Positions 1 to 8,677 of a DNA stretch of 64,000 bases are shown here, piece after piece. This DNA comes from an uncultured Planctomycetota bacterium. GTDB lineage: Bacteria > Planctomycetota > PLA2 > JAEUHO01. Below the pieces are notes generated by a model. That model did no database searches, was not told where the DNA came from, and saw nothing but the letters and a program-made list of their open reading frames with translations. Numbering within the stretch: position 1 is the stretch's first letter; each line of letters begins with the position of its first letter. The stretch covers positions 564,601 to 628,600 of the forward strand of contig CAWDIE010000008.1 in the NCBI GenBank assembly GCA_963802335.1, given 5' to 3'. A program made the translations under genes and the position numbers.

Positions 1-3000
1 CGCAGATCAACAAGAAGTTCGGCCACCTCGGTGAGAAGGTCGTGGGGGAGAACCTCCAGGTCATCCGGCGCGGCTTCGACGAGGTCCTCAAGCTCGACCC
101 CGACGAACCTCCAGGACGACGGCCAGGAGGGCATGCAGGTGCCCGTCATGCCGGCGATCCTCGATGGCGCGGGCCAGGATGCGGGCATCGCGAACACAGG
201 CCGGTTCTGGGAACAGGTGTGCCACCTGTACAAGACGGGCGAAGACGGTATCGCCGACCCCTTCGCCGCCATCAGCGCCATGCCCGCGGCCACCAGCTCG
301 ATCCGCGACATGACGGACATGCGCTTCGAGGTGCCGGAGTTCGTGCCCGACAAGTGCACCGGCTGCAGCGCCTGCTGGACGCAGTGCCCCGACAGCGCCA
401 TCCCCGGCGTGGTGAACACGGTCGAGCAGATCCTCGAGACCGCCGTCGATGCCGCCTCCAACGGGCAGACCTTCGACCGCTTCCGTCAGGTCATCAAGCA
501 CCTCGGACGCGAGTCGCGGCGCATCATGCGTTCGTCGCCCTTCACGACGTTCTCCGACGTCCTGAAGACCGCCTACGCGAGTGTGGCGACGAAGCTGGGC
601 CTCGACCCCGAACGCCGCAAGGCCCTGGACAAGGAGTTCCAGGCCATCGCCGGCACGCTCGAGGACTTCCCCCTCGCCAAGACGGCGCCCTTCTTCGACA
701 TGCCCGAGTCGCAGACCAAGGACAGCGGCGGGCTGTTGTCGATCACCGTCAATCCCGAGACGTGCAAGGGCTGCAACGTCTGTGTCAACGTCTGCCCCAC
801 GGGGGCGCTCGTCACCATCAAGCAGACCGACGATGTCGTCGAGGACCTGCGCCGTCGCTGGGCCTTGTGGCACCAGCTGCCGGACACGAACGACGAGTTC
901 GTCAACATCGCGAGCCTCGACGAGGGCATCGGCGTCCTGTCGTCGTTGCTCCTCAAGAAGGACAACTATCTGTCCATGGTGGGCGGCGACGGTGCCTGCA
1001 TGGGGTGCGGCGAGAAGACCGGCATCCACATGATCACCGCCGCCGTGACCGCGTTCGTGCTTCCCAAGGTGCGCGCACTGGTCGAGCGGATCGAGGGGCA
1101 GATCGCGGCGCTGGACGCGAAGGCCCGCGGCCTGCTGGCCGGCGATGCGGACCTGGAGAAGATCGGTGATGCCGGCAACGGTCAAGCCGAAGTGCCGCTC
1201 GACGCGGACAAGAAGCGGGAACTCGAGCGGATCACGAAGATGATTCGCGATCTGAAGGACCTTCACTGGCGATACACCGAGGGGCCGAGCGGCAAGGGCC
1301 GCGCCGCAATGGGCTTCACCAACTCGACGGGCTGCTCGTCGGTGTGGGCCAGCACGTACCCCTACAACCCGTATCCGTTCCCGTGGGTCAACCACCTCTT
1401 CCAGGACGCTCCGTCCATCGCCATCGGCATCTTCGAAGGCCACATGCGCAAGATGGCCGACGGGTTCATCTCGGTGCGCCGGGCGCAGGAGGAGATCGAC
1501 GGCACGTACGATGAGGCGAAGAGCGAGGCGTACTACGCCAAGTTCGACTGGGAGAAGTTCACGGACGACGAGTTCCACCTCTGCCCGCCGGTGATCGCGG
1601 TCGGTGGCGACGGCGCCATGCTCGACATCGGCTTCCAGAACCTGTCGCGCCTGCTGGCGTCCGACAAGCCCGTCCGCGTCGTCGTGCTCGACACCCAGGT
1701 CTACTCCAACACGGGTGGCCAGGCGTCCACCGCGACGTACACGGGGCAGGTGGCCGACATGGCCGCGTTCGGCAAGGCCCACCACGGCAAGGAGGAGATG
1801 CGCAAGGAGCTCTCGCTCCTCGCCATGGCGCACCGCCAAGCCTACGTGCTGCAGTCCTCCCAAGCCCTCCCGAGCCACCTGCTCGGTGGGGTGCTCGAGG
1901 GCCTGCAGGTACGCCGCCCGGCGCTGTTCGTCATCCACTCGCCGTGCCCGCCCGAGCACGGTCTTGCGGACTACAGTTCGATGCGCGCCGCCAAACTGTC
2001 GCTCGAGAGCCGTGCCTTCCCGATCCTCACGTACAACCCCGATCGCGGTAACTCCCTGGCGGAGCACCTGAGCATCGAGGGCAACCCCGCCATCGACGAG
2101 ACCTGGCCGACCTACGAGCTGAAGTACGTCGACGACGACGGGGCCGAGCAGACGATGGAGCTTCCGCTCACCATCGCGGACTGGGCCTGCACCGAGGGGC
2201 GCTTCAAGAAGCACTTCCGCAAGGCCAAGCCCGACGAAGACGTCGTGCCCTACCACGAGTACCTCGCCACCCCGCTCGCCGAGCGCGGCGACGAGATCCC
2301 GTTCATCTACACGCTCGACGCCAAGGGCCGGCTGGTGAAGACGCTCGTGTCCGTGGACATCGTGCGGCTCGGTGACGAGCGCCTCGACTACTGGGGGCGC
2401 CTCAAGCACCTCGCCGGGGTCGAAGCGTCGGCCCCCGTCCACGACGTCGTGGAGGCGGAGCTGGAGGAGGCCTTCGACGAGAAGATCGAGGCCCTCAAGC
2501 GCGAGTACGAGGCCAAGATGGCCGACCTGCGGGCCCACTACCCCGTCCTCGTTGCGCGACGGATGGCGGAAGGGCTGCTGAAGGCCGGCAACGGCACCCA
2601 GACGGTCGCCGAGCTGATCACGCGCGTGCAGTCCATGCCGGATCTGAAGCCCGTGCCCGCGAATGGGGATGCGACGATGACCTTCGGGTCGGCGTCGGCC
2701 ACCGCGCCTGCGAAGGCGTCGGCCCAGCCGGCCGAGGCGACAGCGACGTCGACGGCGCCCACCGCCGTCGCCGAGCAGGAAGAGGAGGATGAGGGGCTCG
2801 CCATGGAGCCCTACATCGAGACCGCTCGCTGCACGACGTGCCACGAGTGCACGAACCTCAACCGGAAGCTCTTCGCCTACAACGAGAAGAAGCAGGCCAT
2901 CATCAAGGATCCGCGGGGCGGCCCGTTCAAGGACCTGGTGCTCGCCGCGGAGAAGTGCCCGGTGAAGATCATCCACCCCGGTACGCCGCTCAACCCCAAG

Positions 3001-3048
3001 GAGAAGAACCTGGAGAAGTGGGTCAAGCGCGCTGAGCCCTTCAACTAG
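1..3048 (+). CDS. nifJ: pyruvate:ferredoxin/flavodoxin oxidoreductase (single-polypeptide PFOR), 3' ~1000 codons. The 5' end lies outside the window. The reading frame changes near nt 95-130. It has an extra C-terminal ferredoxin-like module.
   Basis: Two ferredoxin-type motifs are present (CTGCSACWTQCP, CKGCNVCVNVCP). The TPP-binding region is GGDGAMLDIGFQNLSRL...VLDTQVYSNTGGQ. The PFOR C-terminal region reads WACTEGRFKKHF. nt 3-107 in frame 3 read QINKKFGHLGEKVVGENLQVIRRGFDEV, the end of domain III, while the rest of the gene is in frame 1 (track ORF 31..3048). Confidence 0.9.
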   Translation, partial: RRSTRSSATSVRRSWGRTSRSSGAASTRSSSSTPTNLQDDGQEGMQVPVMPAILDGAGQDAGIANTGRFWEQVCHLYKTGEDGIADPFAAISAMPAATSSIRDMTDMRFEVPEFVPDKCTGCSACWTQCPDSAIPGVVNTVEQILETAVDAASNGQTFDRFRQVIKHLGRESRRIMRSSPFTTFSDVLKTAYASVATKLGLDPERRKALDKEFQAIAGTLEDFPLAKTAPFFDMPESQTKDSGGLLSITVNPETCKGCNVCVNVCPTGALVTIKQTDDVVEDLRRRWALWHQLPDTNDEFVNIASLDEGIGVLSSLLLKKDNYLSMVGGDGACMGCGEKTGIHMITAAVTAFVLPKVRALVERIEGQIAALDAKARGLLAGDADLEKIGDAGNGQAEVPLDADKKRELERITKMIRDLKDLHWRYTEGPSGKGRAAMGFTNSTGCSSVWASTYPYNPYPFPWVNHLFQDAPSIAIGIFEGHMRKMADGFISVRRAQEEIDGTYDEAKSEAYYAKFDWEKFTDDEFHLCPPVIAVGGDGAMLDIGFQNLSRLLASDKPVRVVVLDTQVYSNTGGQASTATYTGQVADMAAFGKAHHGKEEMRKELSLLAMAHRQAYVLQSSQALPSHLLGGVLEGLQVRRPALFVIHSPCPPEHGLADYSSMRAAKLSLESRAFPILTYNPDRGNSLAEHLSIEGNPAIDETWPTYELKYVDDDGAEQTMELPLTIADWACTEGRFKKHFRKAKPDEDVVPYHEYLATPLAERGDEIPFIYTLDAKGRLVKTLVSVDIVRLGDERLDYWGRLKHLAGVEASAPVHDVVEAELEEAFDEKIEALKREYEAKMADLRAHYPVLVARRMAEGLLKAGNGTQTVAELITRVQSMPDLKPVPANGDATMTFGSASATAPAKASAQPAEATATSTAPTAVAEQEEEDEGLAMEPYIETARCTTCHECTNLNRKLFAYNEKKQAIIKDPRGGPFKDLVLAAEKCPVKIIHPGTPLNPKEKNLEKWVKRAEPFN

Positions 3049-3078
3049 CGCGAGACGACTAGCGCGAGGCGAGGCATC

Positions 3079-4407
3079 ATGCCCACGAATCTCCAGTTTC
3101 GTCACGGGGTCCACCCCCCGGAGTCCAAGGAGCTCACGGCGAGCCTTCCGGTCCGCCGGATGGCCTTTCCGTCCGAGATCATCCTTCCCCTGCGTCAGCA
3201 TGCGGGTCGGCCGGCCAAGGCGATCGTCAAGGCGGGCGACCGGGTCGAACGCGGCGACATGGTCGCCGAGGCCGACGGCTGGGTGTCGGTGCCGATCCAC
3301 GCCTCCGCCGCCGGTCGCGTGGCGTCGGTGGGGCTGTGGCCGCACCCCGACGGAAGCACCGATCTGGCCGTGCGAATCCTGGTGGATCCCAACTCGGCCC
3401 AGGCCCCCCGCCCGCGGGTGATCCCTCGGTGGGAGAGCCTGGAGCCGAAAGAGATCGTGCAGGCCATCCAGCACGGCGGCCTGGTCGGACTCGGCGGTGC
3501 GGCATTTCCCACCCACGTCAAGCTCTCGCCCCCGGAGGACAAGCGGCTCGACGCCATCCTGATCAACGGCTGCGAGTGCGAGCCGTATCTGACGACCGAT
3601 CACCGGACGATGGTGGACTTCCCGGAGCGGGTCCACGAGGGCATTCGCATCATGATGCGCGCGCTCGGCGTGGACCGCGCCCTCGTCGGCATCGAGAACA
3701 ACAAGCCGGACGCGATCGCGCGCATGCGTGAGACCGCGCCGACGGACATCGACGTCGAGATCCTACCCCTCACCGTCAAGTACCCGCAGGGTGCGGAGAA
3801 GATGCTCATCAAGGCCCTCCTGGATCGGGAGGTCCCGTCCGGCGGGTTGCCGATGGACGTCGGCGTCATCGTCCAAAACGTGGCCTCGGTCGCGACGATC
3901 GCGGAGATCTTCGAGACGGGGCTGCCGCTCATCGAGCGCATCGTCACCGTCACCGGCCCCGGCGTGAAGAAGCCCGCCAATCTGCTCGTGCCGGTCGGCA
4001 CGCGTATCGGGGATCTCCTGGACGCCTGTGGCGGACTGACGGACGACGCGATCGAGATCGTCAGCGGCGGCCCGATGATGGGCGCCGCGATTGCGAGCCT
4101 CGACGCGCCGGTCATGAAAGGCACCACGGGCATCATCGCCTTGCGCGCAGAGGACGTGAAGGAACAGGAGCAGTACCCGTGCATCCGCTGCGGGCATTGC
4201 TTGGAAGCCTGCCCCGTGTTCCTCAACCCGCAGGTCCTCGGCAAGCTCGCCATGAACGGGCGCGACGAGGAAATGGCCGGGGAGCATCACCTGTGGGACT
4301 GCATGCTCTGCGGCTGCTGCTCCTACGTGTGTCCGTCGAACATCCCCCTGTCACAACTCTTCTCCGCGTCGCGCGCGGCGCTTCGAAGGAAGAAGGCCTC
4401 GGTATGA
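3079..4407 (+). CDS. rnfC: Rnf electron-transport complex subunit C
   Basis: The N-terminus is MPTNLQFRHGVHPP. The nucleotide/FMN-binding stretch is GLVGLGGAAFPTHVKL. Two 4Fe-4S motifs are present (CIRCGHCLEACP, CMLCGCCSYVCP). The start is 30 nt after the PFOR stop, with GAGG upstream. Confidence 0.95.
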   Translation: MPTNLQFRHGVHPPESKELTASLPVRRMAFPSEIILPLRQHAGRPAKAIVKAGDRVERGDMVAEADGWVSVPIHASAAGRVASVGLWPHPDGSTDLAVRILVDPNSAQAPRPRVIPRWESLEPKEIVQAIQHGGLVGLGGAAFPTHVKLSPPEDKRLDAILINGCECEPYLTTDHRTMVDFPERVHEGIRIMMRALGVDRALVGIENNKPDAIARMRETAPTDIDVEILPLTVKYPQGAEKMLIKALLDREVPSGGLPMDVGVIVQNVASVATIAEIFETGLPLIERIVTVTGPGVKKPANLLVPVGTRIGDLLDACGGLTDDAIEIVSGGPMMGAAIASLDAPVMKGTTGIIALRAEDVKEQEQYPCIRCGHCLEACPVFLNPQVLGKLAMNGRDEEMAGEHHLWDCMLCGCCSYVCPSNIPLSQLFSASRAALRRKKASV

Positions 4408-5450
4408 AGCCCCCGCGTTGGCTGATCACCGCGTCCCCGCACGTCGGCTCCCCGGAGAGTACGCCGCGCATCATGTGGTCGGTGGTTGCGAGCCTCGTTC
4501 CCATCTGCGCCGCGGGCGTGTACTTCTTCGGTCCCAGCGCCCTGCTCGTCCTCATGGCGTCGACCGCCGGTTGCGTCGTCACGGAGCGCGTGTTCGGCAA
4601 GCGTGGCACCCTGCTCGACGGTTCCGCCGTGATCACCGGGCTCCTGCTGGGGCTGACGTTGCCGCCGGGGATCCCCCTGTGGATGGCCTTCGTGGGGGGC
4701 GCGTTCGGCCTGGGCTTCGGCAAGCTGATCTTCGGCGGCCTCGGGCAGAACCCCTTCAACCCCGCGCTCTTGGGCCGCGCCTTCCTGCAGGCCGCGTTTC
4801 CCGTCGCACTGAACACGTGGCCGCAGAACGGCTCCGGCATGACCCTGTTCTCCCACTTCCGGCTCGACCGGTTGAGCGAGTGGGCGGCCCTTCGCGGCGA
4901 CAACTTCGCGTTTCCCTTCACCTCGGCCCAGGTCCCGGACGCTTCGACCGCGGCCACCCCGCTCGGTCTCTGGAAGTTCCAGGACACCTCGACCGAGCTC
5001 TCGAATCTCCTGCTCGGCACGACGGGGGGGTGCATCGGCGAGACGGCCGGCATCCTGATCCTGCTCTGCGGCGCGTACCTGGCCGTGCGAAACCACCTGA
5101 ACTGGCGCATCCCGGTCAGCATCTTCGCCTCCGTGATCCTCTTCGCCGGCGTGCTCTACCTCGCCAACGCGGAGCGCTACGCGAGCCCGCTATTCATGCT
5201 CTTCAGCGGCGGCCTGATGCTCGGCGCCGTCTACATGGCGACGGACATGGTCACGTCGCCCGTGACGAATCGGGGCGCCTGGGTATTCGGCATCGGCATC
5301 GGATTCCTCGTCATCGTAATTCGGACGTGGGGTGGGCTGGCCGAGGGTGTCCAGTACGCGATCCTCCTGATGAACGCCCTCGTCCCCTTCATCAACCGGA
5401 TGACCCAGCCGAAGGTCTTCGGCACGCGCCGCGTGCGGGTGACGTCATGA
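4404..5450 (+). CDS. rnfD: Rnf complex subunit D (polytopic membrane, FMN-linked)
   Basis: The start at MKPPRWLITASPHV forms an ATGA overlap with the rnfC stop. The protein has many TM helices. The flavinylation motif is DASTAATPLG. This is the inner part of track ORF 4179..5450. Confidence 0.93.
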   Translation: MKPPRWLITASPHVGSPESTPRIMWSVVASLVPICAAGVYFFGPSALLVLMASTAGCVVTERVFGKRGTLLDGSAVITGLLLGLTLPPGIPLWMAFVGGAFGLGFGKLIFGGLGQNPFNPALLGRAFLQAAFPVALNTWPQNGSGMTLFSHFRLDRLSEWAALRGDNFAFPFTSAQVPDASTAATPLGLWKFQDTSTELSNLLLGTTGGCIGETAGILILLCGAYLAVRNHLNWRIPVSIFASVILFAGVLYLANAERYASPLFMLFSGGLMLGAVYMATDMVTSPVTNRGAWVFGIGIGFLVIVIRTWGGLAEGVQYAILLMNALVPFINRMTQPKVFGTRRVRVTS

Positions 5451-6184
5451 GCACCGCTACCGACACGACGACGCCGGACGCGCCGGCGCCCCAGATCCCC
5501 CGCGCGGACGTGCCGTCGTGGCGCTTGATCGCGACGCTGGCCGTCGCGGGCGCGCTGGCCGCGGTGTTGTTGGCCGTCGTCAGCGACCTGACGAGGGATC
5601 GCATCGCCGCCAACAAGGCCGCGGTCCTGAAGGAGGCCATCGGGGTCGTCTTGCAGGATGCCGACCGGATCGTAAGCCTCCAGGAGCAAGAGGACGGCCT
5701 GCGTCTCGACGAGGAGGTCGTCTACCTCAACGACCGCATCTTCTTCGGCTACGACGAGAGCGGCGCCCCGCTCGGTTTCGCGATGGTGGGGGGGGCGTAC
5801 GGGTACGGCTCCGATCCGATCCGTCTGATCTTCAGCTACGACGCATCCACGCACGAAGTGCTCGGCCTGAAGGTCCTCGAGCACAAGGAGACCCCGGGCA
5901 TCGGAACGAAGATCGAGGACGATGCCGCGTTCGCCGGTCAGTGGTCCAAGCCGGTGGGGGACGACACGCGACGTCGTGCGCCGCGCCTCGTGGCGGCCGA
6001 CGCGTCCCTCGTCCCCGTGCGTAGCGATGCGGCGCCGGCCTCGGATCCGGCCGCCGAGCGGCACGAGGTCGACACCATCAGCGGCGCGACCATCTCGTCG
6101 AAGGCCGTCATCAAGATCGTGAGCGACCGGGTCCGCCAGCTGGGTGACAAGCTGGCGGCCTGGAACCCGGAGGAGGGGCGATGA
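5447..6184 (+). CDS. rnfG: Rnf complex subunit G (FMN-binding)
   Basis: An ATGA overlap with the rnfD stop marks the start. There is one N-terminal TM helix (WRLIATLAVAGALAAVLLAVV). The covalent-FMN motif is DTISGATISSKAV. The protein is longer than usual because of an insertion before the FMN site. Confidence 0.9.
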   Translation: MSTATDTTTPDAPAPQIPRADVPSWRLIATLAVAGALAAVLLAVVSDLTRDRIAANKAAVLKEAIGVVLQDADRIVSLQEQEDGLRLDEEVVYLNDRIFFGYDESGAPLGFAMVGGAYGYGSDPIRLIFSYDASTHEVLGLKVLEHKETPGIGTKIEDDAAFAGQWSKPVGDDTRRRAPRLVAADASLVPVRSDAAPASDPAAERHEVDTISGATISSKAVIKIVSDRVRQLGDKLAAWNPEEGR

Positions 6185-6834
6185 GAGAGACCACGCCCAG
6201 CGCCGACTTCGTTCGCGGCATCTGGCGCGAGAACCCGGTGCTCGTGCAGATGCTGGGCCTCTGCCCCGCGTTGGCGGTGACCAACTCGGCGGTGAACGCC
6301 CTCGCGATGGGGGTCGCGACGTTCTTCGTCCTGATCGGATCGAGCTTCATGGTCTCGAGCCTCAAGCGCTTCATCCCCAGCGAGGTGCGCATCTCGACCT
6401 ACATCCTGATCATCGCGACGTTCGTCACGATCGCCGACCTGGGTCTGGAGGCGTTGGCGCCCGGCGTGCACAAGGCCCTGGGCGCGTTCATCTCCCTCAT
6501 CGTGGTGAACTGCATGATCTTGGGTCGACAAGAAGCGTTCGCCTCCAAGCGGCCCGTCGGTCGCGCCGTGCTCGACGCCATGGGCACGGGCGTCGGGTTC
6601 ATCATCGCGCTGTTCCTGATGGGCGCGTTCCGCGAGATCCTCGGCAACGGCACCTTGTTCGGTGCCCAGCTCTTCGGACCCCACTTCGAGCCCTGGGTCG
6701 TCATGATCCTGCCGCCCGGTGGCTTCCTCATGCTCGGCTTCCTGCTCCTCGGCCTCGGCTGGTGGGAGCAGCGGAAGGCGCGTCGCCAGACGCCGGTGGA
6801 TGCGTCGTCCGAGCCGGTACGGAGGGTGGCATGA
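6181..6834 (+). CDS. rnfE: Rnf complex subunit E
   Basis: The N-terminal region reads NPVLVQMLGLCPALAVTNSAVNALAMG. The protein is polytopic. The start overlaps the rnfG stop (ATGA). Confidence 0.93.
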   Translation: MRETTPSADFVRGIWRENPVLVQMLGLCPALAVTNSAVNALAMGVATFFVLIGSSFMVSSLKRFIPSEVRISTYILIIATFVTIADLGLEALAPGVHKALGAFISLIVVNCMILGRQEAFASKRPVGRAVLDAMGTGVGFIIALFLMGAFREILGNGTLFGAQLFGPHFEPWVVMILPPGGFLMLGFLLLGLGWWEQRKARRQTPVDASSEPVRRVA

Positions 6835-7415
6835 ACGACAACGTCCTCTGGATCCTGCTCTCGGCCATGATCGTCAACAACTTCACGTTGATGATGTTCC
6901 TCGGTCTGTGCCCGTTCATGGGGGTCTCGGCGAAGGTGTCCACGGCGCTCCGCATGGGGCTCGCGAACATCTTCGTCCTGGTGATCACCTCGATCTGCGC
7001 GTGGTTCCTGCATAACTTCGTACTCCCGCACGCGCCGTACCTGCGGCTCATCTCCTACATCGTGGTCATTGCCTCGATGGTGCAGATCACCGAGATGGCC
7101 ATCAAGAAACTGAGCCCGGCGCTGTTTAGGCAGCTCGGCATCTTCCTGCCCTTGATCACGACGAACTGCGCGATCCTCGGCATGGCGCTCTGGCAGACCG
7201 TGAAGTACGACTACAACTTCATCCAGGGCATCTTCTACGCGGTGGGCGCGGGCGCCGGCCTGACGCTGGCCCTCGTGCTCATGGCTTCGATTCGCGAGAA
7301 CACCGAGCTCAGCGACGTCCCGTCGATCGCCAAGGGCACCGCCCTCACGCTCATCATCGCCGCGAGCTTGAGCCTGGCCTTCATGGGCTTCTCCGGTCTC
7401 GGGAGCGCGTCGTGA
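6831..7415 (+). CDS. rnfA: Rnf complex subunit A
   Basis: The N-terminus is MNDNVLWILLSAMIVNNFTLMMFLGLCPFMGVS. The start overlaps the rnfE stop (ATGA). This is the inner part of track ORF 6144..7415. Confidence 0.93.
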   Translation: MNDNVLWILLSAMIVNNFTLMMFLGLCPFMGVSAKVSTALRMGLANIFVLVITSICAWFLHNFVLPHAPYLRLISYIVVIASMVQITEMAIKKLSPALFRQLGIFLPLITTNCAILGMALWQTVKYDYNFIQGIFYAVGAGAGLTLALVLMASIRENTELSDVPSIAKGTALTLIIAASLSLAFMGFSGLGSAS

Positions 7416-7618
7416 GTCCGATCCTGGCCATGCTCCTGCTGGCCGTGCTCTTCACGGCCTTCGCGCTGCTGACGCGTCGCGTCGAGCCGCGTTCCTGCTC
7501 TACCCACGCCTGCCCCGACCCGACCGATTCCGAACGTGCCGGTTCCCAACATGCCGGCGACGCCTGCGCGGGCTGCGAACTCGCAGCCGTGAAGACGGAG
7601 ACGAACGACCATGCGTGA
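7412..7618 (+). CDS. small single-TM Cys-rich protein sitting between rnfA and apbE (possible NqrM-like maturation factor)
   Basis: The GTG start overlaps the rnfA stop (GTGA), and the 3' end overlaps the apbE ATG by 8 nt. The N-terminal TM helix is ILAMLLLAVLFTAFALLT, followed by RR. Four Cys residues follow (SCSTHAC...ACAGC). Confidence 0.55.
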   Translation: MSPILAMLLLAVLFTAFALLTRRVEPRSCSTHACPDPTDSERAGSQHAGDACAGCELAAVKTETNDHA

Positions 7619-8621
7619 TCCCCAAGACACCGTGCGCCCGGCGTGGCGAGCCGACCGTCGGCAGCTGCTGACCCTGGGTCTGGGAACGTTCGTGGTGGCC
7701 TCGCTGCCGCTGGCGCTCCGCCGTCGCCGCGCCTTCGAGGTCGTGCGTCGGCAGGTGCCGGTCATGGGCACCCTGGCGGATCTGACGGTCGTGGCCGAGG
7801 GCCGCCGTCAGGGCCACGCCGCTCTCGACGGGGCCGTCGCCGCCTTGCGGGCGGTGGACCGGACCATGACCGCCTACGCCGCGACCTCGGATGTCGGGCG
7901 GGCGAACGCCACGGCCGCCCGGGAGGCCGTCGTGGTCGACGAGAGCACGGCGACCGTCGTCCGCGAGGCGCTCGGCTGGGCCGAGGCCACGGACGGTCGC
8001 TTTGATCCCTGCCTGGGACGGGCCACGGCCCTGTGGGACGTGAAGCTGAGAAGCACCCCGCCCGCGGCCGCCGCCGTGGACGAGCTCGCCTCCCGAGGCC
8101 TCTGGCGGCGTCTGGACGTCGGCACCCTGAACGGGCGGACGTGCCTGCGCTACGGGGACCGGGATGTTCGTGTCGACCTGGGCGGGATCGCCAAGGGCTT
8201 CGCCGTGGACCAGGCCGCCCTGGCCGTACGCCGGGTCGGGGTCACGAGCGGCCTGCTCAACGTCGGCGGGGATCTGGTCGCCCTGGGGCGCTCGCCCGAC
8301 GGCGACCCGTGGCAGGTCGGGATCCGCTCACCCGAGGACGCGCGGGCGCTCGTGACGACACTCGCGGTCGAGGACGAGGCCATCGCCACTTCCGGGGACT
8401 ACGAGCAGTCGTTCGTGCACGGCGGGAGGCGGTACCACCACCTGCTCGACGGGTCGACGGCGGCCCCCCGCGCCACCCGTGCGCGCAGTCTGACCGTGGC
8501 CGCGCCGACGTGCATGGCCGCGGACGCCGCGGCGACCGCGGCTTTCGGTCTCGAGGCTCGGCCGGCTGGCGACCTCGTGCGGCAGATCGAGCGGGGCGCG
8601 CGCGTCCTCTGCGTCGCCTAG
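7611..8621 (+). CDS. apbE: FAD:protein FMN transferase (ApbE family)
   Basis: The N-terminus is Tat-like (RRQLLTLGLGTFVVASLPLAL). ApbE signatures are MGTLADLTV, FDPCLG, LGGIAKGFAVDQA and ATSGDYEQSF..HHLLD. Confidence 0.9.
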   Translation: MRDPQDTVRPAWRADRRQLLTLGLGTFVVASLPLALRRRRAFEVVRRQVPVMGTLADLTVVAEGRRQGHAALDGAVAALRAVDRTMTAYAATSDVGRANATAAREAVVVDESTATVVREALGWAEATDGRFDPCLGRATALWDVKLRSTPPAAAAVDELASRGLWRRLDVGTLNGRTCLRYGDRDVRVDLGGIAKGFAVDQAALAVRRVGVTSGLLNVGGDLVALGRSPDGDPWQVGIRSPEDARALVTTLAVEDEAIATSGDYEQSFVHGGRRYHHLLDGSTAAPRATRARSLTVAAPTCMAADAAATAAFGLEARPAGDLVRQIERGARVLCVA

Positions 8622-8677
8622 ACACACCCCCTCAAGGTATGATGCGGCCCACCACGTAGGAGCCGAGGGAGACCACG

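Noticed and set aside
88-3636. 1182-aa minus-strand ORF covering PFOR and the start of rnfC
   Set aside because: It is antisense to two genes with unambiguous motifs. Its product is Arg/Gly/Leu/His-rich with no recognisable domain. This is a typical stop-poor shadow frame in GC-rich DNA.
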